Below, piece by piece: positions 1 to 12,389 of a stretch of DNA of 64,000 nt. This DNA is from Octopus vulgaris. Taxonomy: Eukaryota. How positions within the stretch are numbered: the stretch's first letter is position 1; every line of letters begins with the position of its first letter. The notes beneath the pieces are model-generated. The model was not told where the DNA came from, did not search any database, and saw nothing but the letters and a program-made list of their open reading frames with translations. Where the stretch lies: NCBI GenBank assembly GCA_951406725.2, contig OX597819.1, positions 93,434,001-93,498,000 of the forward strand. Direction: 5' to 3'. Made by a program: the position numbers and the translations under genes.

Positions 1-630
1 GCGGATGATGTCATATTTTTATTGCAATCGTTGAGTGCGATAATTTTCATATTTGTAAATCCAAGCGCACATACGCACATTGATATTCTCAAGCCTTCAT
101 TTCCACCATTTTAGGTCACTTTGACACATCCAACGAAATATTTCTAGGATTTGCAATTAATTCTTTATAGTTCGCATTTCTGATCGAGATATGGGTATGT
201 ATAATTATTAGCTACCATGTTTGTTCAATACAACAAAAAAAAACAAAAAAAAATAATGAACAATATACAACATATACACATGCATATATCAGGACATATT
301 CAGACATATGTACACACACACACACACACACACACATATATGTACAGTTACCTAAATGTATATAGATATATAGATATATATAGATATGTATGTGCAAACG
401 CACATTCACACACTTTTACGCTTACGCCTACATACATACAGGTTTTATGATTTTGTGCCACGTGAGTGTTATTTTTTTATATATATATAAGTGTAAAACG
501 CTGTTTGTACAAATCTGGTGTGAGTGGTTTGTTTTGTTTAATTTTATTGTGAGTATGTAGCTCTGTAAAAATCACAATGCAGCGACTGGTTTAACTCGTA
601 GCTACAAATACAAATATTTACCTCAAACAA

Positions 631-645
631 TATAGATAGACAGAC

Positions 646-714
<69 letters not shown>
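631..714 (+). repeat. (GATA)n/(GACA)n microsatellite
   Basis: Direct tetranucleotide tandem array. Confidence 0.95.
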
Positions 715-715
<1 letters not shown>

Positions 716-1707
716 GTGTGTGGGGGTGGATGAAGGGCAACAAGATGGAGAAGTTTAAATGTACTTTACGGTTGATACTCAGCATGAAATCCTATCGGTT
801 GATGCCCGAGGAATCATGGGCGAGTAGGCAATTTTTGTAAGATTTTTATTCACAATAGAACAATTGGCTGTATTTGGAAAGTAACCAGCACGCATTTTGC
901 AAAAAAATATGCAAGCCATTTCTTGCTATTGTTAGTATTATCTAAATTCCAGCAAGAATTTTCGCCTCTTGCTAGAAACCAGCTGCTTCTTCATATAAAG
1001 AATCCAAATATTGTTAAAATAAACATAGTCTTTACAAAAAGCAAAAGACAACGGACATTAAATTTGAGTTCAGCTGTAATATTTTTCGCCTGAATTCAGA
1101 GCTGGATTTAGCAGACTGATATCTATGGCCTCAGACTTTAGAAGGCCTCGGGCCAAGATATGTACTTATACGATTATTTCTGTCTATCAGCCCTTTCACG
1201 CTTATTCGTTCATTCCACTCTTCGTTCTTTTGCTCCCCCTCTCTCACATTTCTTTGCCTTCTCTTCTTGCCTACTTTCCCTCCACTTTTCACTTCACTAT
1301 GTCCCTGTCATTTTTTCTCGCCCCTCCTTAATTCTTCTGTCCCTCTGCTTCTACTTCTCTCTCTTTTCTTCCCACGTGACCGGCGTTCGGCCAAGCCTGT
1401 TCTTTCTTTCTTGGTCTGGTCGTTGTCCGTGCAACATCGATATTCTTCCCAATGTTTGTGAAAGTTTTGTATCTCTGCCGTAAGGCTTCATTTCCATACA
1501 CGCCAGCTTAATTCAATTCGTCCTTAGTCGAAAGACACCTGTTGTTATGTTCTGTTATTATTTTTATTGCATTTGTATTTGTGTAACATTGTCCGTTTAT
1601 TCCGTCTTTGTCTTTGTATACACTCGCTGCTTTCTTCCAAGGAATCTAATGCTCTTAGCTTAGTTTTTCCTTGGGGCTGGCCAGATTAGAGCATCTCAAG
1701 TATAATC

Positions 1708-1868
1708 AGCCGAAATTGCGAGGATAATTTGGTGCTTGACTGAGGAAAGAAAACTTCGAATGACTCGTCCTTGTTTACTTTGTATCGTCTATCTGGATGT
1801 TTTGTAGTCCCATTTATATATCACCTAGCTGCCTGGATGTTTTGCGTTCTTGTCCCATTTTGTATTTT
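1708..1868 (+). repeat. Dispersed repeat family P, copy 1 (element probably extends upstream to ~1200)
   Basis: gccgaaattgcgagga...gactgagga...cttcgaatgac...gtatcgtctatctggatgtttt...tgcgttcttgtcccattttgtatttt recurs at 3581-3737 and 13535-13696; each copy ends at a TA/TG microsatellite. Confidence 0.8.
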
Positions 1869-1879
1869 AGAGTAAAAGA

Positions 1880-1881
<2 letters not shown>

Positions 1882-1918
<37 letters not shown>

Positions 1919-1942
1919 TATGTATGTATGTCTGTATGTGTG

Positions 1943-1995
<53 letters not shown>

Positions 1996-2284
1996 GTGTG
2001 TGTGTGTATATATATATATGTGTGTGTATATATATATATATATGTGTGTGTGTGTATATATATATATGTGTGTGTATATATATATATGTGTGTATATATA
2101 TATGTGTATATATATATATATATATGTGTGTGTATATATATATATATATGTGTGTGTATATATATATATATATGTGTGTGTATATATATATATATGTGTG
2201 TGTATATATATATATATATGTGTGTGTATATATATATATATATGTGTGTGTATATATATATGTGTGTGTATATATATATATATA

Positions 2285-2326
<42 letters not shown>

Positions 2327-2350
2327 CATGTGTGTGTGTGTGTGTGTGTG
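1882..2350. repeat. Compound (TA)n/(TG)n microsatellite
   Basis: Direct observation; source of many spurious YI/CV/HT ORFs. Confidence 0.97.
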
Positions 2351-2855
2351 TTGATACCGGTGTGAATGGTTTTGTTAAGTGGTGTCGAGTTTTACAATTC
2401 TGTAAATAATAATAATGGTATTTTATAAGCTTAAAGCTTATAGCAATCACCGCGCAAATGACTAAAGAAAATAGTCTAATAATGGGGCATATAAGCCTTC
2501 GACAGAAAAATGTAGGCTTTCCCGTACGGAAGCCTATAAACAGTAACACAGATGGGTTATTGTTTATTCTTCATCTAACTCGAAACCTTTAATGCGTTTG
2601 GATCTGGAGCCTATATACACGACGGTGGATTATGTGCAGTAGCGTACCGATGTGTGGTTTTCAATACACGTCGTGTTATCAATCAGTATTTGTGAATGTG
2701 TGCGTAATTAGAATGACAAATCTGTATTTACATTAGTAAGTAAATATATGTCAGTACACGTTGTTAGTGCACAGGTGCGCTATCCCCGACTGTACCTTGT
2801 TGTTTTTACTATTTAAATGCCTGATTCTATTGGATCTTGAAAACTTATGATACCT

Positions 2856-3053
2856 ATGTATGTGTGTATGTATGTATGTATGTATGTATGTATGCATGTA
2901 TACATATATATATATATATATATATGTAATGTGTGTGTGTATGTTTGTATATGTATATATGTAATGTGTGTGTGTGTATGTTTGTATATGTATATATGTA
3001 ATGTGTGTGTGTATGTTTGTATATGTATATATGTATGTGTGTGTATATGTATG

Positions 3054-3086
<33 letters not shown>

Positions 3087-3101
3087 CCATGTATATATAT
3101 G

Positions 3102-3132
<31 letters not shown>

Positions 3133-3152
3133 ATATATGTGTATATATATAT
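2856..3152. repeat. Compound (TATG)n/(TG)n/(TA)n microsatellite
   Basis: Direct observation. Confidence 0.95.
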
Positions 3153-3190
3153 AACAATTAAGTAACACGGATGTGATGTCAAGGTATTAG

Positions 3191-3277
3191 TGCATTACGG
3201 CCGTTTCAAGCGGCTCCATTTAATCGAACAATACAAGCATTATATCAATTTGAAATGCACCGCCATCTTCGGATGCA
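3191..3277 (-). ncRNA. Type I hammerhead ribozyme-like motif (core variant CCGAAGA, U4C)
   Basis: Minus strand: UGCAU-CCGAAGA-U-[GGCGGU...GCCGCU long stem II]-U-GAA-ACGGCCGU-A-AUGCA. Stem I UGCAU/AUGCA, palindromic stem III, GUA cleavage triplet. Confidence 0.75.
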
Positions 3278-3580
3278 TAAGGCCATATAGGTTTTCGACA
3301 TACTGGATACTCCATTATAATTTTTAGTAAACATTTCATCAGAACTAGAGAATGAAAGAATTACATGTTGCTATTATTATGGCAGAATCAACTTTGGGAG
3401 AAAAATACCCCAACTATAATTTGGAGTGGCGGAAGAGAATAACAATGGGGGTCATTAAATGGTAATATAGCTACAATTTTCATCTGTCTCCTTATCACCA
3501 TCCAAAGATCTAATGCAGCCAGTATTCTCCGTCTACTAAGTATATATATATGAGAGAGAACAAAGTGTACGTGCGCCGCT

Positions 3581-3737
3581 AGCCGAAATTGTGAGGATGA
3601 TCCGGTTCTTGACTGAAGATAGAGGGCTTCGAATGACCCGTCCTTTTTGTATCGTCTATCTGGATGTTTTGTTGTTCTTTTTTGTATCACCTAGTTGTCC
3701 AGATGTTTTGCGTTCTTGTCCCATTTTGTATTTTATT
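3581..3737 (+). repeat. Dispersed repeat family P, copy 2
   Basis: Aligns by eye with 1708-1868 and 13535-13696. Confidence 0.8.
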
Positions 3738-4393
3738 TTATGTGTGTGTGTATATATATATATATACGACTGGTTTAAATTGGGAGAGTTCAGTCAAGCG
3801 TGACTCAGCTAAACACCAGTAATACTAAGGAAACAATATAGCTCCGTTTAGTGGTTGCCCAACTTCACTATGTTTACTTTGGGACTGAGACATCAAAATT
3901 GTTGCCATCGATTACTATTTGCAAGTTCCTTTTGTGTATAAAGCAGTTTCACATTTTTATTGTCCCCGAGACAACTGAAATGTTATTGGTTCTGCTGAGA
4001 TTTTGCACAGGAGATTTTTCGAAACTTCAAAGTTTCTATACTTTATTCCATATAATTTTTGAATACTCACATTTTACCTGTAAGAAAATATCAAAAAGTT
4101 CAGATTCTTTTAACACCAGGTGATTGAAGAACCCAGTGCATGCCCATTTGAGATAAGGTGGTGTGGTTTTATTGCCGTTGTTGTTCAACAGATCTGTCAT
4201 CAGAACCATTCTAGATTGCGACTATTCCGTTTTTACGTATATTGTGGTCTTCGGGGTATATGTACATATTAGTTCCAGGATTCGCTAAAATCTAAGTGCA
4301 TCAACAGGTACGATACCATAACACTGAATTCACAATGAGGTAAAACACAACAGATGTAGTAAATTTTAAACCCCATTTGTGTTCTTCTTCATG

Positions 4394-4430
<37 letters not shown>

Positions 4431-4470
4431 GATCTCAGATCAAATTACTTCCTATGCGAGTACATCTCCG

Positions 4471-4506
<36 letters not shown>

Positions 4507-4661
4507 GCATGCGCGCACATACATGCATACACACACATAAATTATCATGTAAGCATAGTAGATGTACATCATGGACACTCTGCGTCCTTTAATCAAGACT
4601 ATAGAGAGGACATTTTACACCAATTTCTAGTAAGTGTGGAGGCTCTATTGTTGGTTATACA

Positions 4662-4774
4662 GAGTTATACAACGGGTTATACAACGGGTTATACAAAGGG
4701 TTATACAAAGGGTTATACAAAGGGTTATACAAAGGGTTATACAAAGAGTTGTACAAAGAGTTATACAAAGGTTA
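4662..4774 (+). repeat. 12-bp minisatellite (GGGTTATACAAA)n, ~9 units
   Basis: Direct tandem array; gives the RVIQ-repeat ORF. Confidence 0.95.
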
Positions 4775-6565
4775 CTGTTAGTTTCTAAGTTAAAATTCCA
4801 TACAAGTCCTTCCTTCAAAGATATTTCAGATGTAAACTAATACCTATATAATTCTGAGGGTTGTATCTATAAAAGTTCTAACGTTTTAAAGAGGTTGAGT
4901 TGATCAATAAGCACGCGTGTTCCCGTGAATGTTTTCTGGGTGCTTTTAATTCATTTGTGATTTTAGTATAGGAAAGAAACCCAAATTTTCTACCGGTTGA
5001 GAATAGATATGTTCCATAAAATTAACAATACTCCCTGTGATCTCGTATTTTATGCGTTCATAAATCAATTACATCAGACGCCTACAGTTGCTAAGAGTTG
5101 AGCAATACGGGGAGGAGATGATCTATTCAAGTACCAGATCCTACAAATGAAATCCCATACTGAGCTTATGACTACATCGAACTGCATGACATTGTTAATA
5201 ACAATAAGACATAAACATTTGCGTATTAGTATGTTCATACATTTAGTAAAGGATGCGTAGTTCACATCGAAACGCATCGCCTGCTAAGCGAATAAACCTA
5301 CCACAATTATATAACGGGAACATTATATTTAGCAAAAGATGAAAGGCTACTTGTTAAATCAAAGAATGGATATATTTCTCCTTGTTGACTAAATACTTCT
5401 AAAACTGTAGATGTTGTTGTATCTTACATAACAAAGTAAATTAGCACTACACAGAATTTAATTTCTGTGCATTATAAACGAATCTTTTTCAAGTACAAAG
5501 CTGCTTTTGAAAAGGGGAGAGTAATGAAACCAATCACCTCGATAGCTACATGTGACTACATTGAACGTATAAAATATTTATTTCCTTTCTTATACCGCCA
5601 TCACCAACGGCAACACCCTCACCACGTACAAATATATAATAATGATTTCTTAATTAGAAATTATGCCCTCGAGGTCATAATGGAAGCGATATGGAAAATT
5701 GAAACATTCATAGCTAATCTAAGAAGGTTACTGGAATAATTGAAGTGGCTCGAATTGGGAATTAAAGAAGAAGAGGAAGGAGAGGAAGGAGAGGAAGAAA
5801 ACTACAAATTTTTAGATTCGATTCGTCGAGAACTTACTGTTGCACTGCGGGATATAAAGTTAGATTGTTGTAGAGTATAATCAATTCACATCCGTCAGTA
5901 CCATGGCGACCCCACTAAATCCAACAGACCGTAGGGCCATAAACGACGAGTTTATTTTCAAGTGATGGTGTATCTAAGACAAATCAGATTGATAGAGAGA
6001 CACTAGTTATCAGTAAGAAGAGTTGAATTTAAGACAGGCGGTGATAGCAGTCTTCAAGACAAGTTGGCAGGTCACAGTCACTGAAAAGATTGCAAATGGC
6101 GACGAAAGAACTTTGACGAACGAAAATATATGAACGAATGAATTAATTAATTAATAAACCATTGACTGTCTAACAATCGAGTAGTTAGTCGAATAGATAT
6201 TTAACCAATTGACTGGTAATAAAGAAGTGAAGTTGAACCAGCGCGTGTGTTAATATTGGCGTAATGACTCTCCCAAAACCAAACAAAATTTGTTTTAACA
6301 TACGAATTCACATAAGGAATCTTACAAATCAAATACAAAAACGAAGTTGAATTTAAATTATACAAAATAGCAAACTCTCAAGATTTTGATGAAACTAACA
6401 AAACACTCGTGAATTTTATAGTGCTGCTGCTGCCTGCAGCATTGTCTACATTTTATTGATTTCTGCACTATTGTTGTTGACGATACTGCGATCAGATGGG
6501 CCTATGATTAAAAATGCTCTTTACATGATATGAGCGTGGATGGCCTAGTCGGGTCCCTTGGTAAC

Positions 6566-6915
6566 ATCTTTTAACTTGCTTGTTGTAGTCATTGGACTGC
6601 GACCATGCTGGGGCACCTTTTTGATGGACTTTGTGGAACAAATCGATATCAATACTTATTTTTATATCAGGTATTTATTCTACCGGTTTCTCTTTCTTGT
6701 CGAACAGCTATGGTCTGTAGACGCAAACAAACCAACACCAGTTGTCGAGCGGTTAGAAGGGACCAACACATGCACACATACATAAACACATACATGCACA
6801 TATATACGAGGGCTTCTGCACAGTTTGCATCTACCAAATTCACTCACAAGGCACTGGTCAGCCCAGGGCAATAGTAAAAGGCAGTTGCGCAAGGTGATGT
6901 GTAGTGGGGCTGAAC
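6566..6915 (-). mobile_element. SINE family A (tRNA-derived, internal microsatellite), decayed
   Basis: Reverse-complement similarity to 39549-39966. Confidence 0.75.
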
Positions 6916-8254
6916 ATATCAGTAATATTCAATAGAAGCGGTATTAAATTAAAATAGTCATCTACGTATCATGCATAATGTAAATACATTGTTGAAAGGC
7001 AAATTTACTGTGGTGTTCGTCCAGAGACAATATCCCTTATGGATGTGCTGTGTTAAAAAAACACTATATGTATTAGATGGAGACGAAAATGCATCGGTCG
7101 ACCAGGGTCTACTGTAGAAGATATTCGCCCGAGGTGCCACGCAGTAGGACTGTACCTGAAACCACATAGCTACAAAGCGAATATCTCACCACACAACCAA
7201 CCAGTAATATGCTCAGATCACAGCAGTAGAATCAATTAAAAATTGTGTATTAAATAAGTGTTTATTAAACCATTGACTTTTAGTTGTTGTTGTTTAGTTA
7301 ATAGTCATTCTGAGCAAGGTGATATAAGATCGAGGATATTCCAACCATAGCCACCCTTCATTAAAAGGAATAAAAATAATGGCATATACCCAATATACCA
7401 TTCCTTTTATTTATACGAGACGGCAAGCTGTGATTTGAAAGGTATTTGGCTGTAACTTGAGTCATTACGTTGAAGTTCCCTCGTTTTATTGTCTGCATAT
7501 TCATTGAAAACATTTGTAAACCAATCGGAAATTAAAGAAACCAAAATAATAAGGGAGATTCGAAACCCTGTTTAATAATACCCAAGTGCAAGAACTGGTC
7601 ATGACCACATCTTGATATGTTTCATTTATAACCTAACTTTCATTGGAGAAATGTCTATAAACTTTCCCTCCGTGTTTTACACGATTTTATTGCTTTGAAT
7701 CTCTACCAGGAGATAGTAATATATCTTAGATTTGGCCCTTATCGCGAGAGAAACTGGCAACTTTATTACAAGCCTTCGCCAAGGGAACCACAGAACTTAA
7801 ACAAATTTATCGAGAGAATTAAGAAGTCGTTATTCAAAACCATTACCAAGAAGTCGACTAAGTATTTTTTATAATCTCCTCTTATAGATCCCGTAAAGTT
7901 ACACTTTATTGGAAAGAACAATTTTAATTCGTACCTTTTGTTAGGAGAGGCAAAGGCTGATGGTGGGTACTATCGATAATTTCAAGAGTAAGTTTGCCGA
8001 CTTACTGTATGTATTCGTGCATACTGCGCAAAATTTAATACCCAAGATAAAATTAAAAGAAAAAAAGACGCCAAAGTTAAAATTGGAGGATAGCATTATA
8101 CTCGAGTATAAAACAGAAGATAAGTGGATTAAACTATATATTACAAACAGAGCTGGCACAAGAACTAGTGGGAATCACATTATATTCGAGATTACATTGC
8201 GCCAGAATAAATAAGGTAAATATTTAACTGAAATAAATGATCTTGGTTGATTTA

Positions 8255-8365
8255 GGTGCAGGCATAGATAAATGGTAAGAAGTTAGCTTCCCAACCACAT
8301 GGTTCTGGGTTCAGTCCCACTACGTAGCACCTAAGACTAGTGCCTTCTGCTATAATCTCGAAGCT
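8255..8365 (+). mobile_element. SINE family A head fragment
   Basis: ggtgcaggc...ccaaccacatggttctgggttcagtcccactacg matches the family A head. Confidence 0.75.
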
Positions 8366-8677
8366 ACCTACACACACATGCACACAAATACTTCTGAGTT
8401 CAATTATCACTGAGATCGATAAAATAAGTACCAGTTGAGCAACTGGGGTCGATGTAATCGACTTACTTACTTCCCTGAATTTACTGGACTTATGCTAAAT
8501 TTTGAACCGAATATACAAATGTAATATACACATTGTGTGTGTGTGTGTTTTATAATATATTATCAATATCAGGAAATCAATATTAGAAAATTATAATATT
8601 TATATATGTAAATATGTATAAGTATAAATATATAATGTATATGACAGTTTAAAAGTTTTGAATTAAGTTTTTAAAGC

Positions 8678-8767
8678 ATCTTACGATTGTTTCGCAGAAG
8701 TGCTGTCCCTATAATGGAATCCTATATTGATAAGCATTTATAGACAACTCTTCTGCTCTTCAGAGAT
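8678..8767 (-). ncRNA. Type I hammerhead ribozyme, canonical core
   Basis: Minus strand: AUCU-CUGAAGA-GCAGAAG...CUUCUGC-GAA-ACAAUCGU-A-AGAU. Perfect CUGANGA and GAAA cores, 7-bp perfect stem II extended by GUUGUC/GACAGC, stem I AUCU/AGAU, short near-palindromic stem III, GUA cleavage site (A = nt 8682). Confidence 0.85.
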
Positions 8768-9218
8768 ATAATTTGAATTTTGTATAATATATCGAATGGT
8801 AGTTGTTGTTTTTTTTAAATATGAAGTTATACTATAAAATGGTATTTGTTTGAAATATAAATTAAAAATTGCTGCTTTTGATTTTGGTAAGTACACTTTA
8901 GTATGAGAGTCTTTAAATCCATATATACTTCCTTGGTTAGTCTTCTGTAATAATCCATAATAGTTATGCGTAAAATCCATTATATTGTCTTGTATTCCAA
9001 ATATAGTTCATAGACTTAGATAATATAGAATAATGGAATCCTACATTGATAAGCATTTATAGATAACTCTTCTGCTCTTCAGTAATATCAAATGTGAAAT
9101 TTGTATAATTTAATGAATGGTAGTTTTTGTTTTTTTTAATTATGAAGTAATATGGGAAAATGAGGTTTGATTTAAATTTTAAATTACTGCTTTTGATTTT
9201 GGTAAGTAAACTAGTATG
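8711..9218 (-). repeat. Partial tandem duplication (8711-8905 and 9030-9218, period 319 bp) carrying the HHR; Penelope-like/retrozyme-type relic
   Basis: ataatggaatcctaYattgataagcatttatagaYaactcttctgctcttcag and tgcttttgattttggtaagta occur in both copies; the second copy keeps the CUGAAGA core at 9076-9082 but lacks the GAAA half. Confidence 0.75.
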
Positions 9219-9236
9219 TATGTATATACATACATA

Positions 9237-10690
9237 CTAGCAGAGATACCCGGCGTTACTTGGATTAAAATGGCATAGTTTGTATATAATATATTACAGT
9301 TATGTTGAAATAGGTGATATAGGAAAGTGCAGCATTGACAGCAAAACATTTGTGGAGTAAATGATGGGCTAATTCGACTAAGCAACATGCTATGCCTTTG
9401 TCTGGAGTACCTCAGACAGGCCCTAACCTGTCATGGAAAATGGGTGTGGGCTGTTATGTGATTTTTGAACGCACCGAAAAGCTGTCAGTGGATATATTCT
9501 CTTTTGCAGCAGTCGGCGCTGTGTCTAACACGACTCATCATCTGAAATTTTAACACCTCCTTGGAGGAACTGTGGTTGTTTCTTTTTCAGTAATAAGGAA
9601 CCAATGAGGTGATAGACTTGCCCTTGAACTTTGACGTCGGCACAAATTCATGTTTACCTATCTTCTCATATGAACCAAACGATGTCATTTCATATGTAGA
9701 GTTGTATTGTCTGATAGAGTTCAGAAAATCCTTTGACTGGATGGAAGTGCCTTCTAGAAGATCCATAAGAGGTTGAGAAGGAGCCGGTAGTGCTGGCAAT
9801 GTTACCTGACCGCCTGAGCAACACATACCATTTGTTTCATTTGAAAATTTTAAAGCTCTACAGAAAAGACAATTTGTGTTTAGCACACCAATTTGTACGG
9901 AGTTAATATTTTTATAAGAATGGGAAGGATCATATCTGAAAACAGCTTCAGGAGTTGTGAAGAACGAATTTGTACGTAATCTGTTTCTGAGAGCTATTCT
10001 ATTAGGCCTCTGTCTAATCATTAAAACATTGATTAATGATCCAGCATTAAATGCTGCAACATGCATTTGCTGATGTTTAGAAAATCTCATCTAGCTTCTC
10101 TCTTCAGGCTCTCGCCTTCGGTTTTATACTTGTTTCTGGAAAGATTACGTCTTTTCTTTGGTGACATTTTTTTTTTTCAATATTGTAAACAAATAATTAT
10201 GAACATAGAAAGAAATTATACATTTATCCCTATTTTTGTAAGTAACTGTATCCATAAAAATTTATTTGAAGAGAAGAGAAATTGAAAGAAGAGAAAGCGA
10301 AAAGGAGAAAGAAAATTAAAGATGTATGTACGTCTATAGGAAATGGACGCGTGTGTGTGTGTATACCTGCGTGCGTGCGCGTATGTGAGAGAGAAAGAGT
10401 GAGTGAGGGTGTGTGTCATGATGACTGATGTCTTTTAAGGTAAACACACATGTAGAAAATGGACGTCGTTGTATAAAATGTTTACGATAGTTGATTTGCG
10501 GAAAAGATTACAATGTTAAATTTTTGAAATGCAACTACGTGAATGGAAATTAAGTTTAATTTGTAGCCGAAATAGTACTAACTCTTTTTATACCCCATAC
10601 CTCAAAATCTGTAACTCGGTCTGAGGCCGTATGGGAAAATGAATGGAGGTAATAATGTCGCCATTACTAGTGACTGGTTGTTTGATTTTT
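9237..10690 (-). mobile_element. Helitron, internally deleted non-autonomous relic
   Basis: 3' end on minus strand: decayed hairpin TCCAAGTAACGCCGGG then TATCTCTGCTAG|T; contains a RepHel N-terminal fragment; 5' boundary uncertain (abuts a mariner fragment). Confidence 0.85.
9590..10167 (-). pseudogene. Helitron Rep/helicase N-terminal fragment (frameshifted)
   Basis: MSPKKRRNLSR start; FRYDPS...IG..NTNCLFCRALKFSNETNGMCCSGGQVTLP...PLMDLL...SKDFLNSIRQYNS...MTSFG; after a frameshift KVQGQVYHLIGSLL. These match the Cys-rich N-terminal motifs of RepHel proteins. Confidence 0.88.
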
Positions 10691-11339
10691 GTCGCTCACG
10701 GTACTTGTTTTGGGAACAAGGCAAGCCAACAGTTGTTGTGTGTGTTCACCATCTGATCCTGGCAGAAATTTTTCTTGTCTGAGAAAAACCAAAGCATGTT
10801 CGGTTGAAGGGGATGGTAGAGTTTGTTCAAAGGTTTTGTAGCGTGGTCTTTCCTCTTGTCCTTAATGGCTTGGGATAAAAATTGGCCTTTTCTGATCTTG
10901 TATGAGGAAGACCGAATGTCTTCATACACTGCCTGATAAGAAACTCAGACACCCCAGTGTCCCTTGCGATTGATCTGATTGATTTGGAGAGATCGTTGTC
11001 AATCATGACCTAGAGATCACCAACAAATTCAGGAGTTCTTTCCTTAAAGAACGAGTTTTCCGAGCTGCCGTACCTTCGTAATCACCATTAGACTCACCTA
11101 ACTCTTTCCGAATTCTCTGCACTGCCCCTAGATTCACACCCAAACACCCTGAAATATTCGTATTGGAGCTTCCGGCGCAAATGCCAAGCGGTTCAGCATG
11201 TCATTTCTGGCAGAGGGAATTGCATCATGGTCCTGTTTTTCTCACAGACGGTGCCCAACTGTGTAGTCAACAAAAGCAAAAACAAGCAATGCACGTGCGA
11301 GAAATTAAAAATATATGATTTCGACAATTTACTCATCGC

Positions 11340-11345
<6 letters not shown>
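10690..11345 (-). mobile_element. Tc1/mariner (DD37D/maT-like) transposon 5' fragment with TIR
   Basis: EDIR..SYK.RKGQFLSQA.KDKRK...KLYHPLQPNMLWFFSDKKNFCQDQ..N..NN.WLA (first catalytic D in the FSDEK motif); terminus TA|TAGGGTGCGATGAGTAAATTGTCG abutting (TA)n. Confidence 0.85.
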
Positions 11346-11381
<36 letters not shown>

Positions 11382-11476
11382 CATACATACATATACATAC
11401 ATACATACATATATATATACATATACATACATACATATATATATATACATATACATACATATACATACATACATAC

Positions 11477-11529
<53 letters not shown>

Positions 11530-11576
11530 CATACATACATATACATACATACATATATATACATATGCATACATAC

Positions 11577-11615
<39 letters not shown>

Positions 11616-11630
11616 CATATACATAAATAC

Positions 11631-11671
<41 letters not shown>

Positions 11672-11726
11672 CATATATACATATACATATATATATACAT
11701 ACATATACATAAATATATAAACATAC

Positions 11727-11760
<34 letters not shown>

Positions 11761-11917
11761 ACATACATATATATACATATACATATATATACATACATAT
11801 ATATACATATACATATATACATACATATATATACATATACATATATACATACATATATACATATACATATATATATATACATACACATACATATATATAT
11901 ATATACATACATATATA

Positions 11918-11971
<54 letters not shown>

Positions 11972-11990
11972 CACATACATACATACATAC
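11344..11990. repeat. Long (TA)n/(TACA)n compound microsatellite
   Basis: Direct observation. Confidence 0.97.
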
Positions 11991-12340
11991 ACCTACACAT
12001 TTGGAATGCATTTTCTTCAGTATATAAATAGGCAATTATCTTCTTTTGTATTATTTTCACAGACTGTATTTATCTGTATACCTTTTTTCTTCTGTTATCA
12101 TAAGTTTTTAGCAGGCTTGAGCATAGGTGTGTTGTGAGTATGTGTGAGTAGATGTGGCGTATTGGTGTATATGTGCTTTGTGGGCTTGACTGCATACGTG
12201 TGTGTGATTATATTTGACATTTTTCGACAACTCTCTGCTATCAATTTTAATTTCTTTCATTTTAATTTTAGACCTCCTAATCCATATCACAAACAGCTCA
12301 TTAAGTTTAAATTCAAATGCACATACATGGTATGTACATG

Positions 12341-12389
<49 letters not shown>

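Noticed and set aside
1738-1772. Plus-strand CTGAGGA...CTTCGAAT in family P (also 3612 and 13566) as a hammerhead
   Set aside because: All three copies have GAAT rather than GAAA and no stem III/UH/stem I arrangement.
1797-2549. Long ORFs rich in YI/CV/HT (also 11227-12060, 30542-31066, 55875-56427 and others)
   Set aside because: Translations of (TA)n/(TG)n microsatellites, which lack stop codons; not genes.
7960-8214. 84-aa Lys-rich ORF
   Set aside because: No recognisable motif or convincing splice context; may be an unclassified decayed element.
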